From positions 1-34,357 of the forward strand of contig JAOUFL010000001.1 in assembly GCA_029858245.1 (NCBI GenBank): 34,357 bases of DNA, in the 5' to 3' direction. Numbering within the stretch: the first letter of the stretch is position 1; every line of letters starts with the position of its first letter. Source of the stretch: Candidatus Zixiibacteriota bacterium. GTDB taxonomy: Bacteria; Zixibacteria; MSB-5A5; RBG-16-43-9. The position numbers were made by a program, and so were the translations under genes. Positions 25,911 to 34,051 of this stretch are shown here, piece after piece. A model generated the notes under the pieces. That model was given only the letters and a program-made list of their open reading frames with translations. It ran no database searches and had not been told where the DNA came from.

Positions 25911-27170
25911 GTGAAACGAATTACTTTATTGCTCAAAAACGCCAGACAGCTTTTGACTTTATCCTCTGACAAAAAAGCTCCCCGCAGGAGTAGGGAGATG
26001 GAGGAACTGGGACTGATTGAGGATGGGGCAGTTGCGGTCTCCGGAAAAAAGATTGTAGCTGTTGGGAAAACTAAAGATGTTCTTGCAAAGGTCAAAATAG
26101 ACCGCAAGACAAAAATCATAAATTCCGAAGACAAAGTCGTTCTTCCTGGCTTTGTGGACTGCCACACCCATCCGATTTTCGGAGCTACCAGGGAGGAGGA
26201 GTTTGAATTAAGGGTAAAAGGTAAAACCTACGAGGAGATCGCAAAAGCCGGTGGTGGTATAAGGTCAAGTGTACGGTCTTTGCGAGAGTTATCTAAGGCG
26301 GAATTGATAGAATTAGCTCTGCCCCGTTTGGATAGATTTTTATCCTTCGGCACCACCACGATTGAGGCAAAATCAGGTTACGGTCTTTCTCTGAAAGACG
26401 AGATAAAAATTCTGGAAGTAATCAAAAAGTTAGACCAGATACACCCGCTGGACTTGATTCCGACTTTCCTGGGTGCACACGAAATCCCGGATGAGTATAT
26501 AGATAAAAGAGAAGAATATATTGATTTTTTGATAAACCAGATGATTCCTGAAGTTGCTAAAAGAAAATTAGCTCTTTTCTGCGATGTATTCTGCGAGAAA
26601 AATGTCTTCAGCCTGGAGGAATCTAAAAAGATAATGGAGACAGCTAAAAGATATGGATTGAAGCCAAGACTTCACGCCGACCAGTTAAGCTCTTTGGGTG
26701 GTGCAGAATTGGCTGGAGAAGTTGGTGCCATCTCAGCAGACCATCTGGAATATATCTCCGATTCGGGTATTGAGAAGATGAAAGAGTGTGGAACGATTGC
26801 AGTTCTATTACCCGGTTCAGTTTTTGGATTGGGTAAAGATAATTACCCTCCGGCACGTAAAATGATTAATAAGGGATTACCCGTGGCATTAGCCACAGAT
26901 TTCAATCCCGGCAGCTCTTTTACCGAATCGATGCCGATTATTTTGAGCTTAGCCTGTTTGAAAATGAAGCTTACCCCGGCAGAAGCCATAACCGCAGCTA
27001 CTGTTAATTCCGCCTATGCCATAGACAGAGGAGATTCGATCGGCAGTTTAGAAAAAGGTAAAAAGGCAGATATGGTTATCTGGGATATCAAAAATTACAA
27101 GGAGATTCCCTATCATTACGGAGTCAACCTGGTTGATAAGGTCATCAAAAACGGAGAGATGATAAGATGA
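25911..27170 (+). CDS. hutI: Imidazolonepropionase
   Basis: Amidohydrolase metal ligands VDCHTHP, KSGYGL, HADQL and ATDFNPGS. GTG start; the N-terminal LLLKNARQLLT matches the conserved HutI N-terminus. Confidence 0.9.
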   Translation: MKRITLLLKNARQLLTLSSDKKAPRRSREMEELGLIEDGAVAVSGKKIVAVGKTKDVLAKVKIDRKTKIINSEDKVVLPGFVDCHTHPIFGATREEEFELRVKGKTYEEIAKAGGGIRSSVRSLRELSKAELIELALPRLDRFLSFGTTTIEAKSGYGLSLKDEIKILEVIKKLDQIHPLDLIPTFLGAHEIPDEYIDKREEYIDFLINQMIPEVAKRKLALFCDVFCEKNVFSLEESKKIMETAKRYGLKPRLHADQLSSLGGAELAGEVGAISADHLEYISDSGIEKMKECGTIAVLLPGSVFGLGKDNYPPARKMINKGLPVALATDFNPGSSFTESMPIILSLACLKMKLTPAEAITAATVNSAYAIDRGDSIGSLEKGKKADMVIWDIKNYKEIPYHYGVNLVDKVIKNGEMIR

Positions 27171-27679
27171 GAAAGAAATATTTATTTTATTTTTTTCTTT
27201 CCCTCTCTACTCTATGCTGCTTACTGTCTGTTTTTTTATCCTGTGGTCCCTACTCTTTCACCGGGTCAGGACTCCCCGGTATCAAGACTATCGCCATTCC
27301 TTTATTCGAAAATCAAACCCAGGAATATGGAATAAGAGAGGAACTATCCGAGACGTTAGTTCAAGCCTTTATTCAGAATAATACCCTTAAGGTGGTGAAT
27401 GAAAGGATTGCTGAATCCGTTTTAAAAGGGACTGTAACAAAGTACGAGAAAATTGCACATACCTTTGATGAACAGGAAAATGTAAAAGAATATATTGTCA
27501 GGATTTACGTGAAAATAGTTTTGGAGGATAAGACTCACAACAAAAACATCTGGGAAGAGGAAAACCTTGAAGGCTGGGGTATTTATTCTGCTACTGAGGA
27601 AACAGAGCAGGATGGAAAAACTAAAGCTCTTGCCAAATTGACTGAGGATATTTTGAACCGGACAGTGAAGGGGTGGTAG
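27167..27679 (+). CDS. lptE: LptE-like LPS-assembly lipoprotein (Bacteroidota-type)
   Basis: Lipobox FLSC followed by GPYSFTGSGLPGIKTIAIPLFENQT, the characteristic start of this family. 170 aa. The ATG overlaps the hutI stop (ATGA). Confidence 0.6.
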   Translation: MRKKYLFYFFLSLSTLCCLLSVFLSCGPYSFTGSGLPGIKTIAIPLFENQTQEYGIREELSETLVQAFIQNNTLKVVNERIAESVLKGTVTKYEKIAHTFDEQENVKEYIVRIYVKIVLEDKTHNKNIWEEENLEGWGIYSATEETEQDGKTKALAKLTEDILNRTVKGW

Positions 27680-27684
27680 GTAAT

Positions 27685-27730
27685 AGGTCGTAGGTTGTAG
27701 GTTTCTCCTAACTCCTACTACCTACTACCT
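27685..27730 (+). terminator. Long imperfect hairpin built from GTAGG/CCTAC repeats (terminator-like, no U-tract)
   Basis: 5' arm ATAGGTCGTAGGTTGTAGG and 3' arm CCTACTACCTACTACCT give about 17 bp with 2 mismatches. It starts 6 nt after the stop codon. Confidence 0.3.
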
Positions 27731-27746
27731 TAAATATCAAAAACTA

Positions 27747-27775
27747 TTGACAACCCGGACCAGGTGTAGTAAATT
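27747..27775 (+). promoter_or_regulatory. Putative promoter of the PorV-like gene
   Basis: TTGACA (27747-27752), 17 nt, TAAATT (27770-27775). The track ORF start at 27747 is this -35 box. Confidence 0.45.
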
Positions 27776-27806
27776 TGTAAAAGATCAAGTTCGAAGCGAG
27801 GAGAAA

Positions 27807-28754
27807 ATGACAATAAAAAAAATCTTTTTAGTAACAGGTCTGATTTTACTGTTATTTACCACCCCCATCTGGGCGACAAACTCCAAAGTGGGAACAACCG
27901 CCTACCCTTTTTTGAAGGTCGGAGTTGGGGCAAGGGCAAGTGCTATGGGTGGTGCATTCGTTGGGCTTTCAGATGATGAGTCAGCCTTATACTTCAACCC
28001 TGCAGGCCTTATGCAGCTATCGGACAAGCATTTCATTACCTATTATAATAACCATATATCAGATATCCAATCGGGCTTTTTGGGTTATATAAGTCCCTAT
28101 TCCGAAAAAGTCATGCTGGGTTTTTCCGTGAATTATTTCAACTATGGAAAAATTGAAGAGACAGATGAGCAGGGGAACAGACTGGGTACTTTTAGTGCTG
28201 GAAGTTTCTCTTTTGCTTTCTCCTGCGCCAGGAAGATTAAGCCCCGGCTGGATTTAGGTGCAAATGTCAAGTTCATTCTGGAAAATGAAAGTGCTCAAGG
28301 ACATTCCTCTGATGCTCTGGCTTTAGACTTAGGTGGATTTTACCAGCATACAGATGAACGTACCAGATTGGGAGCAGTAATACATAATTTAGGATTTCAG
28401 CTCAAGGGTTTCGCTGAAAGTCATAAGGACCCCTTACCCACGGTGATTAAATTAGGGATTTCGCATAGCCTTAAAGAGATTCCCCTTTTAGTAGCTGGAG
28501 ACCTGTCTGTTCCCTTTGACAACGATATTTACCTGAGCCTGGGAGGGGAAGTAACTTATTTTAAACCCCTGTTTCTTAGGCTGGGGTGGACCTCCTTCGG
28601 AGAAAATTATAAAACCGACTCGGATAAAGACAAATGGGCAGGAATGTCCCTGGGTTTTGGTTTTCACTGGAAAAAATATATTTTCGATTATGCTTTTTCC
28701 TCCTATGCTGATTTAGGAGGTGTACACCGGATAACCATAGCCGGCAGAATATAA
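27807..28754 (+). CDS. PorV/PorQ family outer-membrane beta-barrel protein
   Basis: The ATG at 27807 follows GAGGAG, and a signal peptide is present. GTTAYPFLKVGVGARASAMGGAFVGLSDDESALYFNPAGL is the family-typical N-terminal block. The sequence has a beta-barrel alternating pattern and ends in an aromatic-rich strand. Confidence 0.65.
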   Translation: MTIKKIFLVTGLILLLFTTPIWATNSKVGTTAYPFLKVGVGARASAMGGAFVGLSDDESALYFNPAGLMQLSDKHFITYYNNHISDIQSGFLGYISPYSEKVMLGFSVNYFNYGKIEETDEQGNRLGTFSAGSFSFAFSCARKIKPRLDLGANVKFILENESAQGHSSDALALDLGGFYQHTDERTRLGAVIHNLGFQLKGFAESHKDPLPTVIKLGISHSLKEIPLLVAGDLSVPFDNDIYLSLGGEVTYFKPLFLRLGWTSFGENYKTDSDKDKWAGMSLGFGFHWKKYIFDYAFSSYADLGGVHRITIAGRI

Positions 28755-28778
28755 CCTTTTATTCTCAGGAGGGGAATT

Positions 28779-29039
28779 ATGCCAGAAGAGGAAATTGGCA
28801 AAGTAGTGGGATATTTTGCCAAAATAGGTGTTGCCGCAATTGACATAACCAAAGGTTCGTTGAAGGTGGGAGATACAATCCATATAAAAGGCCATACTAC
28901 GGATTTTGAGCAGATGTTAGACTCAATGCAGATCGAGCATCAAAACGTAACTGAAGCAAAACCCGGTGATTCAATCGGAATGAAGACCAAAGACAAGGTC
29001 AGGGACCACGATATAGTTTTTAAGGTCATTCCTGAGTAA
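28779..29039 (+). CDS. Small translation-elongation-factor-like beta-barrel protein (EF-Tu domain II-like)
   Basis: 86 aa with an AGGAGG RBS. The pattern IGKVVGYFAKIGVAAIDITKGSLKVGDTIHIKG...GDSIG resembles stand-alone EF-Tu domain-2-like proteins. Confidence 0.5.
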   Translation: MPEEEIGKVVGYFAKIGVAAIDITKGSLKVGDTIHIKGHTTDFEQMLDSMQIEHQNVTEAKPGDSIGMKTKDKVRDHDIVFKVIPE

Positions 29040-29057
29040 AATTTACTAGAGGTAGAG

Positions 29058-29540
29058 TTGATAAAAATTCCGCCAGAGGTAGATTTCAAAGAAATACCGC
29101 TTGAACAAAAATATAAAAGCGCCGTTGCCGGGCTCCTTCAGAGAATCCATACTATCTACAAAGGTATCCACAGTAAATTCGGCGAGCAAGGGTTGGATTT
29201 AATCCGGGAGGTAAGTAAAACCTATGGAAAGGATATTGCTGAAAGGGGCAAAAAAAGAATCAAACCCGAAGATTTAAAGTCCGCTGCCCTGTTCTTGATC
29301 CGTGTTTTCGAGATGATTAACTGCGAAGGAGAGGTTACCGAATTCTCCGAGGATAAAGCAGTAATTCGTCTTTTCAAGTGCCCTTATCCCTTTGAAGACC
29401 CCAAATTGTGTGAAGCCCATACCACTATGGAAAAGGTCTTGATCGAATCTCTGGGAGAGAACCTCCGTTATCACATAAAAGAATCCATCCCCTCCGGCGG
29501 CAGGTGGTGCGAACACGTAATCAGCTTGAAAAAGAAATAA
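29058..29540 (+). CDS. Hypothetical Cys/His-containing protein (ATC-hydrolase/V4R-like fold possible)
   Basis: TTG start after GAGGTAGAG. The C-terminal pattern FKCPYPFEDPKLCEAHT...IPSGGRWCEHV is reminiscent of ATC_hydrolase or V4R small-ligand-binding domains. The assignment is uncertain. Confidence 0.35.
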   Translation: MIKIPPEVDFKEIPLEQKYKSAVAGLLQRIHTIYKGIHSKFGEQGLDLIREVSKTYGKDIAERGKKRIKPEDLKSAALFLIRVFEMINCEGEVTEFSEDKAVIRLFKCPYPFEDPKLCEAHTTMEKVLIESLGENLRYHIKESIPSGGRWCEHVISLKKK

Positions 29541-29713
29541 TTTATCTGACCCTCCTTTATTTCACCTTACAGTTTTAAATCTCCTCAGGAAGAATTATAA
29601 AAAATGTTTACTGATGCTTTAGATGATTTGGTTAGGAGAGTGCAATCTGCTTATCATCTTTTTAAATGTGGTTCACCACCCTGTAATTTGTGACTATTTT
29701 TTGCTTCACCCTT

Positions 29714-29864
29714 CCCCTCTCCTTTAAGGAGAGGGGAATAATGTTTCCTCCCCTATAGGGGAGGAAAAAGGAGGGGTCACATATCTTTTTTTTTAAAGTC
29801 AGTGAACCAAAATGGTAGCACAGGCTTCCAGCCTGTGCAGAACAGACCGGAGGTCTGTTCCACC
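29714..29864. repeat. Cluster of GC-rich hairpin repeats
   Basis: CCCCTCTCC(29714-22)/GGAGAGGGG(29728-36). TTTCCTCCCC(29744-53)/GGGGAGGAAA(29758-67). GGTAG + CACAGGCT/AGCCTGTG + GAACAGACC/GGTCTGTTC + CACC (29814-29864). Confidence 0.8.
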
Positions 29865-29969
29865 TAAACCTTCTCCTGTTCTAACTGCTGGTTCTAATGT
29901 AACATTTCCTTGACAGATAAGAAGATCTATTCTACCTTATTATCAGGTTATAAAAAATATTTCTGGAAA

Positions 29970-31046
29970 ATGATTTTTTCAGCTTGCCTAAAAAATAATT
30001 TTTTCCTGCTAATTCTTATTTTCTTTTTTTCTCTGTCCTGTAATAATCTTCAGAAAAATGAGTCCCCCTCATTTGCGGATGATTTTTTAGCCAGGGAACA
30101 CAGCATAATATTTGTAGGTGATATTATGCTCTCCCGTGGAGTTGATTCCTGGATGAAAAAGGAAGGGTATTTATATCCTTTTAAAAATATTGCACAGATT
30201 ACAAACTCTGCTGAAATTACTTTCGGAAATTTAGAGTCCCCTCTTTCCTTTAAGGGGAAAAAAGCGGGAAATTTCTATTCTTTTCGGGGTAATCCCTTAT
30301 CAATAAAAGGGTTAATTTATTCTGGATTTGATCTGCTCAATCTGGCTAATAACCATATATTTGACTATGCAAAAGAAGCTTTTGAGGAAACAATTGAACT
30401 TTTAAGAAAGTACGATATCCAGACAATTGGTGCAGGAAAAAACCTGCTGGAAGCCAGAAGACCAGCTATTTATAATTTGGGAGACTCAAAAATTGCTTTT
30501 CTAGGATATGTTGCTTCAAAGGGAGCTTTTTATGCCAGAGATAATCGCGAGGGAGTAGCCAGAGCTGAATCTGCCTGGATAATTGAGGATATCGAGAAGG
30601 TGAAAAAAGATGTAGATTTAGTGATAATCTCGTTTCACTGGGGGATTGAATATGAGGATTACCCCACCGAGTATCAGAAAAGCTTAGCTCGTATGGCAGT
30701 TGACTGTGGTGCGGATATGGTAATTGGGCATCATACTCATACTTTTCAGGGAATTGAGATATATAAAGGCAAGCTCATTGCCTATAGTCTGGGGAATTTT
30801 ATCTTTGACCAGAGAGATTTAAAGAATAACCAGAGCTTTGTTCTGAAAGTTAATCTCAAAGGCAAAAAACTACTTCAAACAGAGATAATTCCGATAGAGC
30901 TTATAACCTATCCCTGTTCCCCAAGAATAGCTGAAGGGAAAATGGCTCAGGAGATACTGGAGAGATTATATTTTGATTCGTCCATCTTTGGTACAGAGTT
31001 TGATTTTTTCAGTGGAAGAGGCCTCTTGAAGATAGACCCACGATGA
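29970..31046 (+). CDS. capA: CapA family protein (poly-gamma-glutamate capsule synthesis/metallophosphatase-like), probable lipoprotein
   Basis: Blocks FVGDIMLSR, FGNLESP, NLANNHIFDY, IGAGKN, KIAFLGY, ISFHWGIEY, GADMVIGHHTHTFQGIE and YSLGNFIFDQ. The ATG at 29970 gives a signal peptide with the SLSC lipobox. The TTG at 29910 is an alternative start. Confidence 0.8.
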   Translation: MIFSACLKNNFFLLILIFFFSLSCNNLQKNESPSFADDFLAREHSIIFVGDIMLSRGVDSWMKKEGYLYPFKNIAQITNSAEITFGNLESPLSFKGKKAGNFYSFRGNPLSIKGLIYSGFDLLNLANNHIFDYAKEAFEETIELLRKYDIQTIGAGKNLLEARRPAIYNLGDSKIAFLGYVASKGAFYARDNREGVARAESAWIIEDIEKVKKDVDLVIISFHWGIEYEDYPTEYQKSLARMAVDCGADMVIGHHTHTFQGIEIYKGKLIAYSLGNFIFDQRDLKNNQSFVLKVNLKGKKLLQTEIIPIELITYPCSPRIAEGKMAQEILERLYFDSSIFGTEFDFFSGRGLLKIDPR

Positions 31047-31054
31047 GGGCAACG

Positions 31055-31084
31055 TTGACCTATCAATGAGGATAGATGTATAAT
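31055..31084 (+). promoter_or_regulatory. Putative promoter upstream of dprA
   Basis: TTGACC (31055-31060), 18 nt, consensus TATAAT (31079-31084). Confidence 0.5.
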
Positions 31085-31151
31085 AATCCTCAGGTTCTGG
31101 AAAAGTTTATGTTTTGACTTTGGCCTAAACAGATTATATTAAATGAGTAAT

Positions 31152-31210
31152 GTAGTGGAAGGTTTCAGCCTTCTATAAATGGAAACCTAATGGTTTCCGC
31201 TACATTTTTT
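31152..31210 (+). repeat. Three-way-junction-like hairpin element plus T6 in the dprA leader
   Basis: Outer stem GTAGTGG(31152-58)/CCGCTAC(31197-203). Inner hairpins GAAGG/CCTTC and GGAAACC-TAAT-GGTTTCC. T6 at 31205-31210. Confidence 0.6.
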
Positions 31211-31237
31211 GATAAACTTGAAGGTTTATAACACAAT

Positions 31238-32110
31238 ATGGAGCGGGATTATCGAAAATATGTCATAGCCTTAAGGGAAGTAGCCAAGGTGGGACCCAAA
31301 GGGTTTCAACAGCTCCTTTTTGTTTTTGGCTCCCCGGAGAATATCTTCGACGCCACCTTAGAGGAGATAACTCAACTTCCCAGGATGAGCAAGGAAAATG
31401 CTGAGGAGATTCTAAAATCTCAGGATAGGTTTGCCGAAATAGAAGAGCATATATCCTTTCTGGAAGAGCAGGGCATCGGAATTAAAACCATCTTAGACGA
31501 GGATTATCCTCAAGGCTTGAAACAAATCAACAACCCTCCTCCCTTATTTTACCATAAGGGAGAGATTTCCCTCATTAGAAAGTTATCTGTAGCGGTAGTT
31601 GGGACTCATAAGGCAACTTATGAGGGGATAAGATATGCCACTAAGATAGGTAAAGAATTGGCTAAAAGAGATGTAGTGGTAATAAGTGGTTTAGCCAGAG
31701 GTATAGATACCGCCGCGCATTTAGGGGCACTTGCTAAACAGGGTAAAACCTATGCAGTTTTAGGTTCAGGTCTAAATAGTATCTATCCAAAAGAGAATTT
31801 TACCCTGGCCACTGAGATTAGCAAAAGTGGTGCTCTTCTCACTGAATATCCATTGAATTCCCCGGTGAACGTGGGACAGCTTATAGCAAGGAATCGCATA
31901 GTGGTAGGTCTTTCTCAGGCTGTTATTGTGGTCGAAAGCGAAGATAGTGCTTCAGGTACTATGAATGCTGTAAATAAAACCATTGAACAGGGTAAACCCC
32001 TTTACGCAGTAGTCAGAGAAAAGAGTGAGGGCTTCCAGGAGCTGGTTAGTTCCGGGGCAATTCCCATACGGGGTTATGAGGATTTAGATTTGGTTTTGAA
32101 CTATTTATGA
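31238..32110 (+). CDS. dprA: DNA-processing protein DprA/Smf (short form, no C-terminal winged helix)
   Basis: An N-terminal HhH-like region followed by a Rossmann DprA domain with VVGTHKAT, SGLARGIDTAAH, LGSGL..IYP, R..NRI..GLS and VVES...SGT. Confidence 0.85.
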   Translation: MERDYRKYVIALREVAKVGPKGFQQLLFVFGSPENIFDATLEEITQLPRMSKENAEEILKSQDRFAEIEEHISFLEEQGIGIKTILDEDYPQGLKQINNPPPLFYHKGEISLIRKLSVAVVGTHKATYEGIRYATKIGKELAKRDVVVISGLARGIDTAAHLGALAKQGKTYAVLGSGLNSIYPKENFTLATEISKSGALLTEYPLNSPVNVGQLIARNRIVVGLSQAVIVVESEDSASGTMNAVNKTIEQGKPLYAVVREKSEGFQELVSSGAIPIRGYEDLDLVLNYL

Positions 32111-32361
32111 AAGGCTATCTTGACCACGAGGAGAAGATAAAGCAGCTTAAAAGAATAGTGGATCAGGCTTGCGAAAAGATAAAAAACGGTAAGCTGACCC
32201 TGGGTGAAGCTAAGAAAGAAGCTGCTCTGGCAAGGCTAAAAGCAAAATCTTTGATTCCGGAGGATATGGAAAAATTCGATTTAATCTACGGGAGCAGGCT
32301 TAAAAGGCTGATCCAGCAGTTCGTGGAGAAAATGCTTGATGACGAAAGAAAATCCAGATGA
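32107..32361 (+). CDS. Hypothetical small helical protein
   Basis: 84 aa, Lys/Glu-rich and predicted helical. The ATG overlaps the dprA stop (ATGA), and the 3' end overlaps the yigZ start. Confidence 0.45.
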   Translation: MKGYLDHEEKIKQLKRIVDQACEKIKNGKLTLGEAKKEAALARLKAKSLIPEDMEKFDLIYGSRLKRLIQQFVEKMLDDERKSR

Positions 32362-32959
32362 GTATCTTAGCATAAAAGATTTCAGAAGGGAAAAAATTTT
32401 AATCAAAAGCTCAAAATTCATTGCCACTGCTTTCCCCATCAGCACAGAAGGTGAAGCTAAGCTATTCCTTGAGAAAATTAAAAGAGAGTTTTACGATGCT
32501 ACCCATAACCCTTTCGCTTACGTCCTCTCAAAAGAAGAGACTAAGAAATTTAGTGACGATCGGGAGCCTTCCGGAACTGCAGGCAGTAAGATATTAAATG
32601 CGATAGAATCTCAGCGTTTAAAAGATGTGCTGGTAGTGGTAACTCGATATTTCGGTGGGACAAAATTAGGCACTGGAGGTCTTTCCAGGGCTTATCATGA
32701 AAGCGCCTTAAAGGTTTTAAAAAGCTGTACCTCTATAAAAAAAGAGACCAGTAGAATACTTTTTCTGCTTTTTCCCAAAGAATATTTTGATCAGGTTCAG
32801 ATGGTTTTAAAAAAGGATGGGTCCAAAGTAAAAAAACTTGATTTTGGGGAAAGGGTCAAAATGGAGATAAGTTTCCCGGAGAGTGTGTATTCAAAACTAA
32901 AAGAAAAACTAAAGAACATCACCAGGGGAGAAATAGAGTTTGAAACAGGTAAAAACTGA
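32339..32959 (+). CDS. yigZ: YigZ/IMPACT family protein (UPF0029)
   Basis: Blocks IKSSKFIATAFP, ATHNPFAY, SDDREPSGTAG and VVVTRYFGGTKLGTGGL. I prefer the ATG at 32339 over the TTG at 32336. Confidence 0.8.
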   Translation: MTKENPDEYLSIKDFRREKILIKSSKFIATAFPISTEGEAKLFLEKIKREFYDATHNPFAYVLSKEETKKFSDDREPSGTAGSKILNAIESQRLKDVLVVVTRYFGGTKLGTGGLSRAYHESALKVLKSCTSIKKETSRILFLLFPKEYFDQVQMVLKKDGSKVKKLDFGERVKMEISFPESVYSKLKEKLKNITRGEIEFETGKN

Positions 32960-33881
32960 AAGGCTCGAGGAAAGATTTGATTTTGATTGTCTGGGTTTTG
33001 GTATCTGTCCCCTGGATTATATCTCCATACTGGACCCATATCCAGGCTTAGATGAGAAGGTTAATATCACCTCTTTTTCAGTTCAGGGGGGAGGTCCGGT
33101 TCCAACAGCTATGGCTGCTCTTTCCAGGTTGGGTGCCAAGGTGGCTTTTGCAGGAAAGGCCGGTGATGATTACGAAGGCAGGTTGATTTGCTCTGAGCTG
33201 GAAAAATATGATGTTAATACGGATTATATGATGGTGGATAAAAAGTCAAAAAGCCTAAAAGCGTTTATCTGGGTGGATAAACATAGCGGAAAAAGAACTG
33301 TGGCTCTGGACCAGACAAAGATGAACCCGGTTAGACCGGATGAACTTACCTTTTTGAATAAGGTTTCCTTCAGATACCTGCATCTGGATGGCAGAGATAT
33401 GGATGCAAACATCTTCCTGGCTAAAAGAGCAAAAAATACGGGTTCCCAGATCATTCTGGACGTTGGCAGTTTAAGAGATAAAATTGAAAAACTTCTTTCG
33501 TATGTTGATTATTTAGTGGTATCTAAAAAATTTGCTTACGATTACACTGGGACCGAAGATTTGATCCAGGCCTGTCTGAAACTTAAAGAGATTGGTTTCA
33601 AATGTGTGGTTATTACCTTGTCCGAAAAAGGATGCCTGTGGGCGGATTCCGACAAGATAAATTATTTCCAGGGTTTTAAAATAGATGCGGTTGATACCAC
33701 AGGAGCGGGAGATGTTTTTCATGGCGCTTTCATCTTCGGATTATTAAAGAAGTGGAAGATGGGAAAGATAATCGAGTTTGCTTCTGCCTGTGCAGCATTG
33801 AAATGTAAAAAAATAGGTGGCAGGGAAGGAATTCCAAGTTTAAAAGAGGTGAAAAGTTTTTTGAGAAAGGGGATATGCTAA
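32940..33881 (+). CDS. PfkB-family carbohydrate/nucleoside kinase (ribokinase-like)
   Basis: N-terminal GGGPVPTAMAALSRLG and C-terminal DTTGAGDVFHGAF, the PfkB signatures. TTG start overlapping the yigZ end. Confidence 0.8.
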   Translation: MKQVKTERLEERFDFDCLGFGICPLDYISILDPYPGLDEKVNITSFSVQGGGPVPTAMAALSRLGAKVAFAGKAGDDYEGRLICSELEKYDVNTDYMMVDKKSKSLKAFIWVDKHSGKRTVALDQTKMNPVRPDELTFLNKVSFRYLHLDGRDMDANIFLAKRAKNTGSQIILDVGSLRDKIEKLLSYVDYLVVSKKFAYDYTGTEDLIQACLKLKEIGFKCVVITLSEKGCLWADSDKINYFQGFKIDAVDTTGAGDVFHGAFIFGLLKKWKMGKIIEFASACAALKCKKIGGREGIPSLKEVKSFLRKGIC

Positions 33882-33965
33882 TAATCCCACCTTTTACCCG
33901 GGGCAGGGTTTTACTCTTTTGGTCTGGAGACCAACAGTGGCTGAAAACAATTAACTCAACTTGTA

Positions 33966-34037
33966 ATTGCGAGCTAAGGCGAAGCAATCTTTTTATTATA
34001 AGAGGATTGCTTCATCATCCTGCGGATGACTCGCAAT
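33966..34037. repeat. Nested palindromic repeat between the kinase and the PAP2 gene
   Basis: Outer arms ATTGCGAG(33966-73)/CTCGCAAT(34030-37). Inner arms GAAGCAATC(33981-89)/GATTGCTTC(34005-13). Confidence 0.7.
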
Positions 34038-34051
34038 GACGGAAAAAAATT

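Noticed and set aside
29604-29693. 29-codon ORF (MFTDALDDLVRRVQSAYHLFKCGSPPCNL) in the spacer before capA
   Set aside because: It has only a weak RBS (AGGAAG at long distance) and no supporting structure or conservation visible. It was kept out of the feature list.
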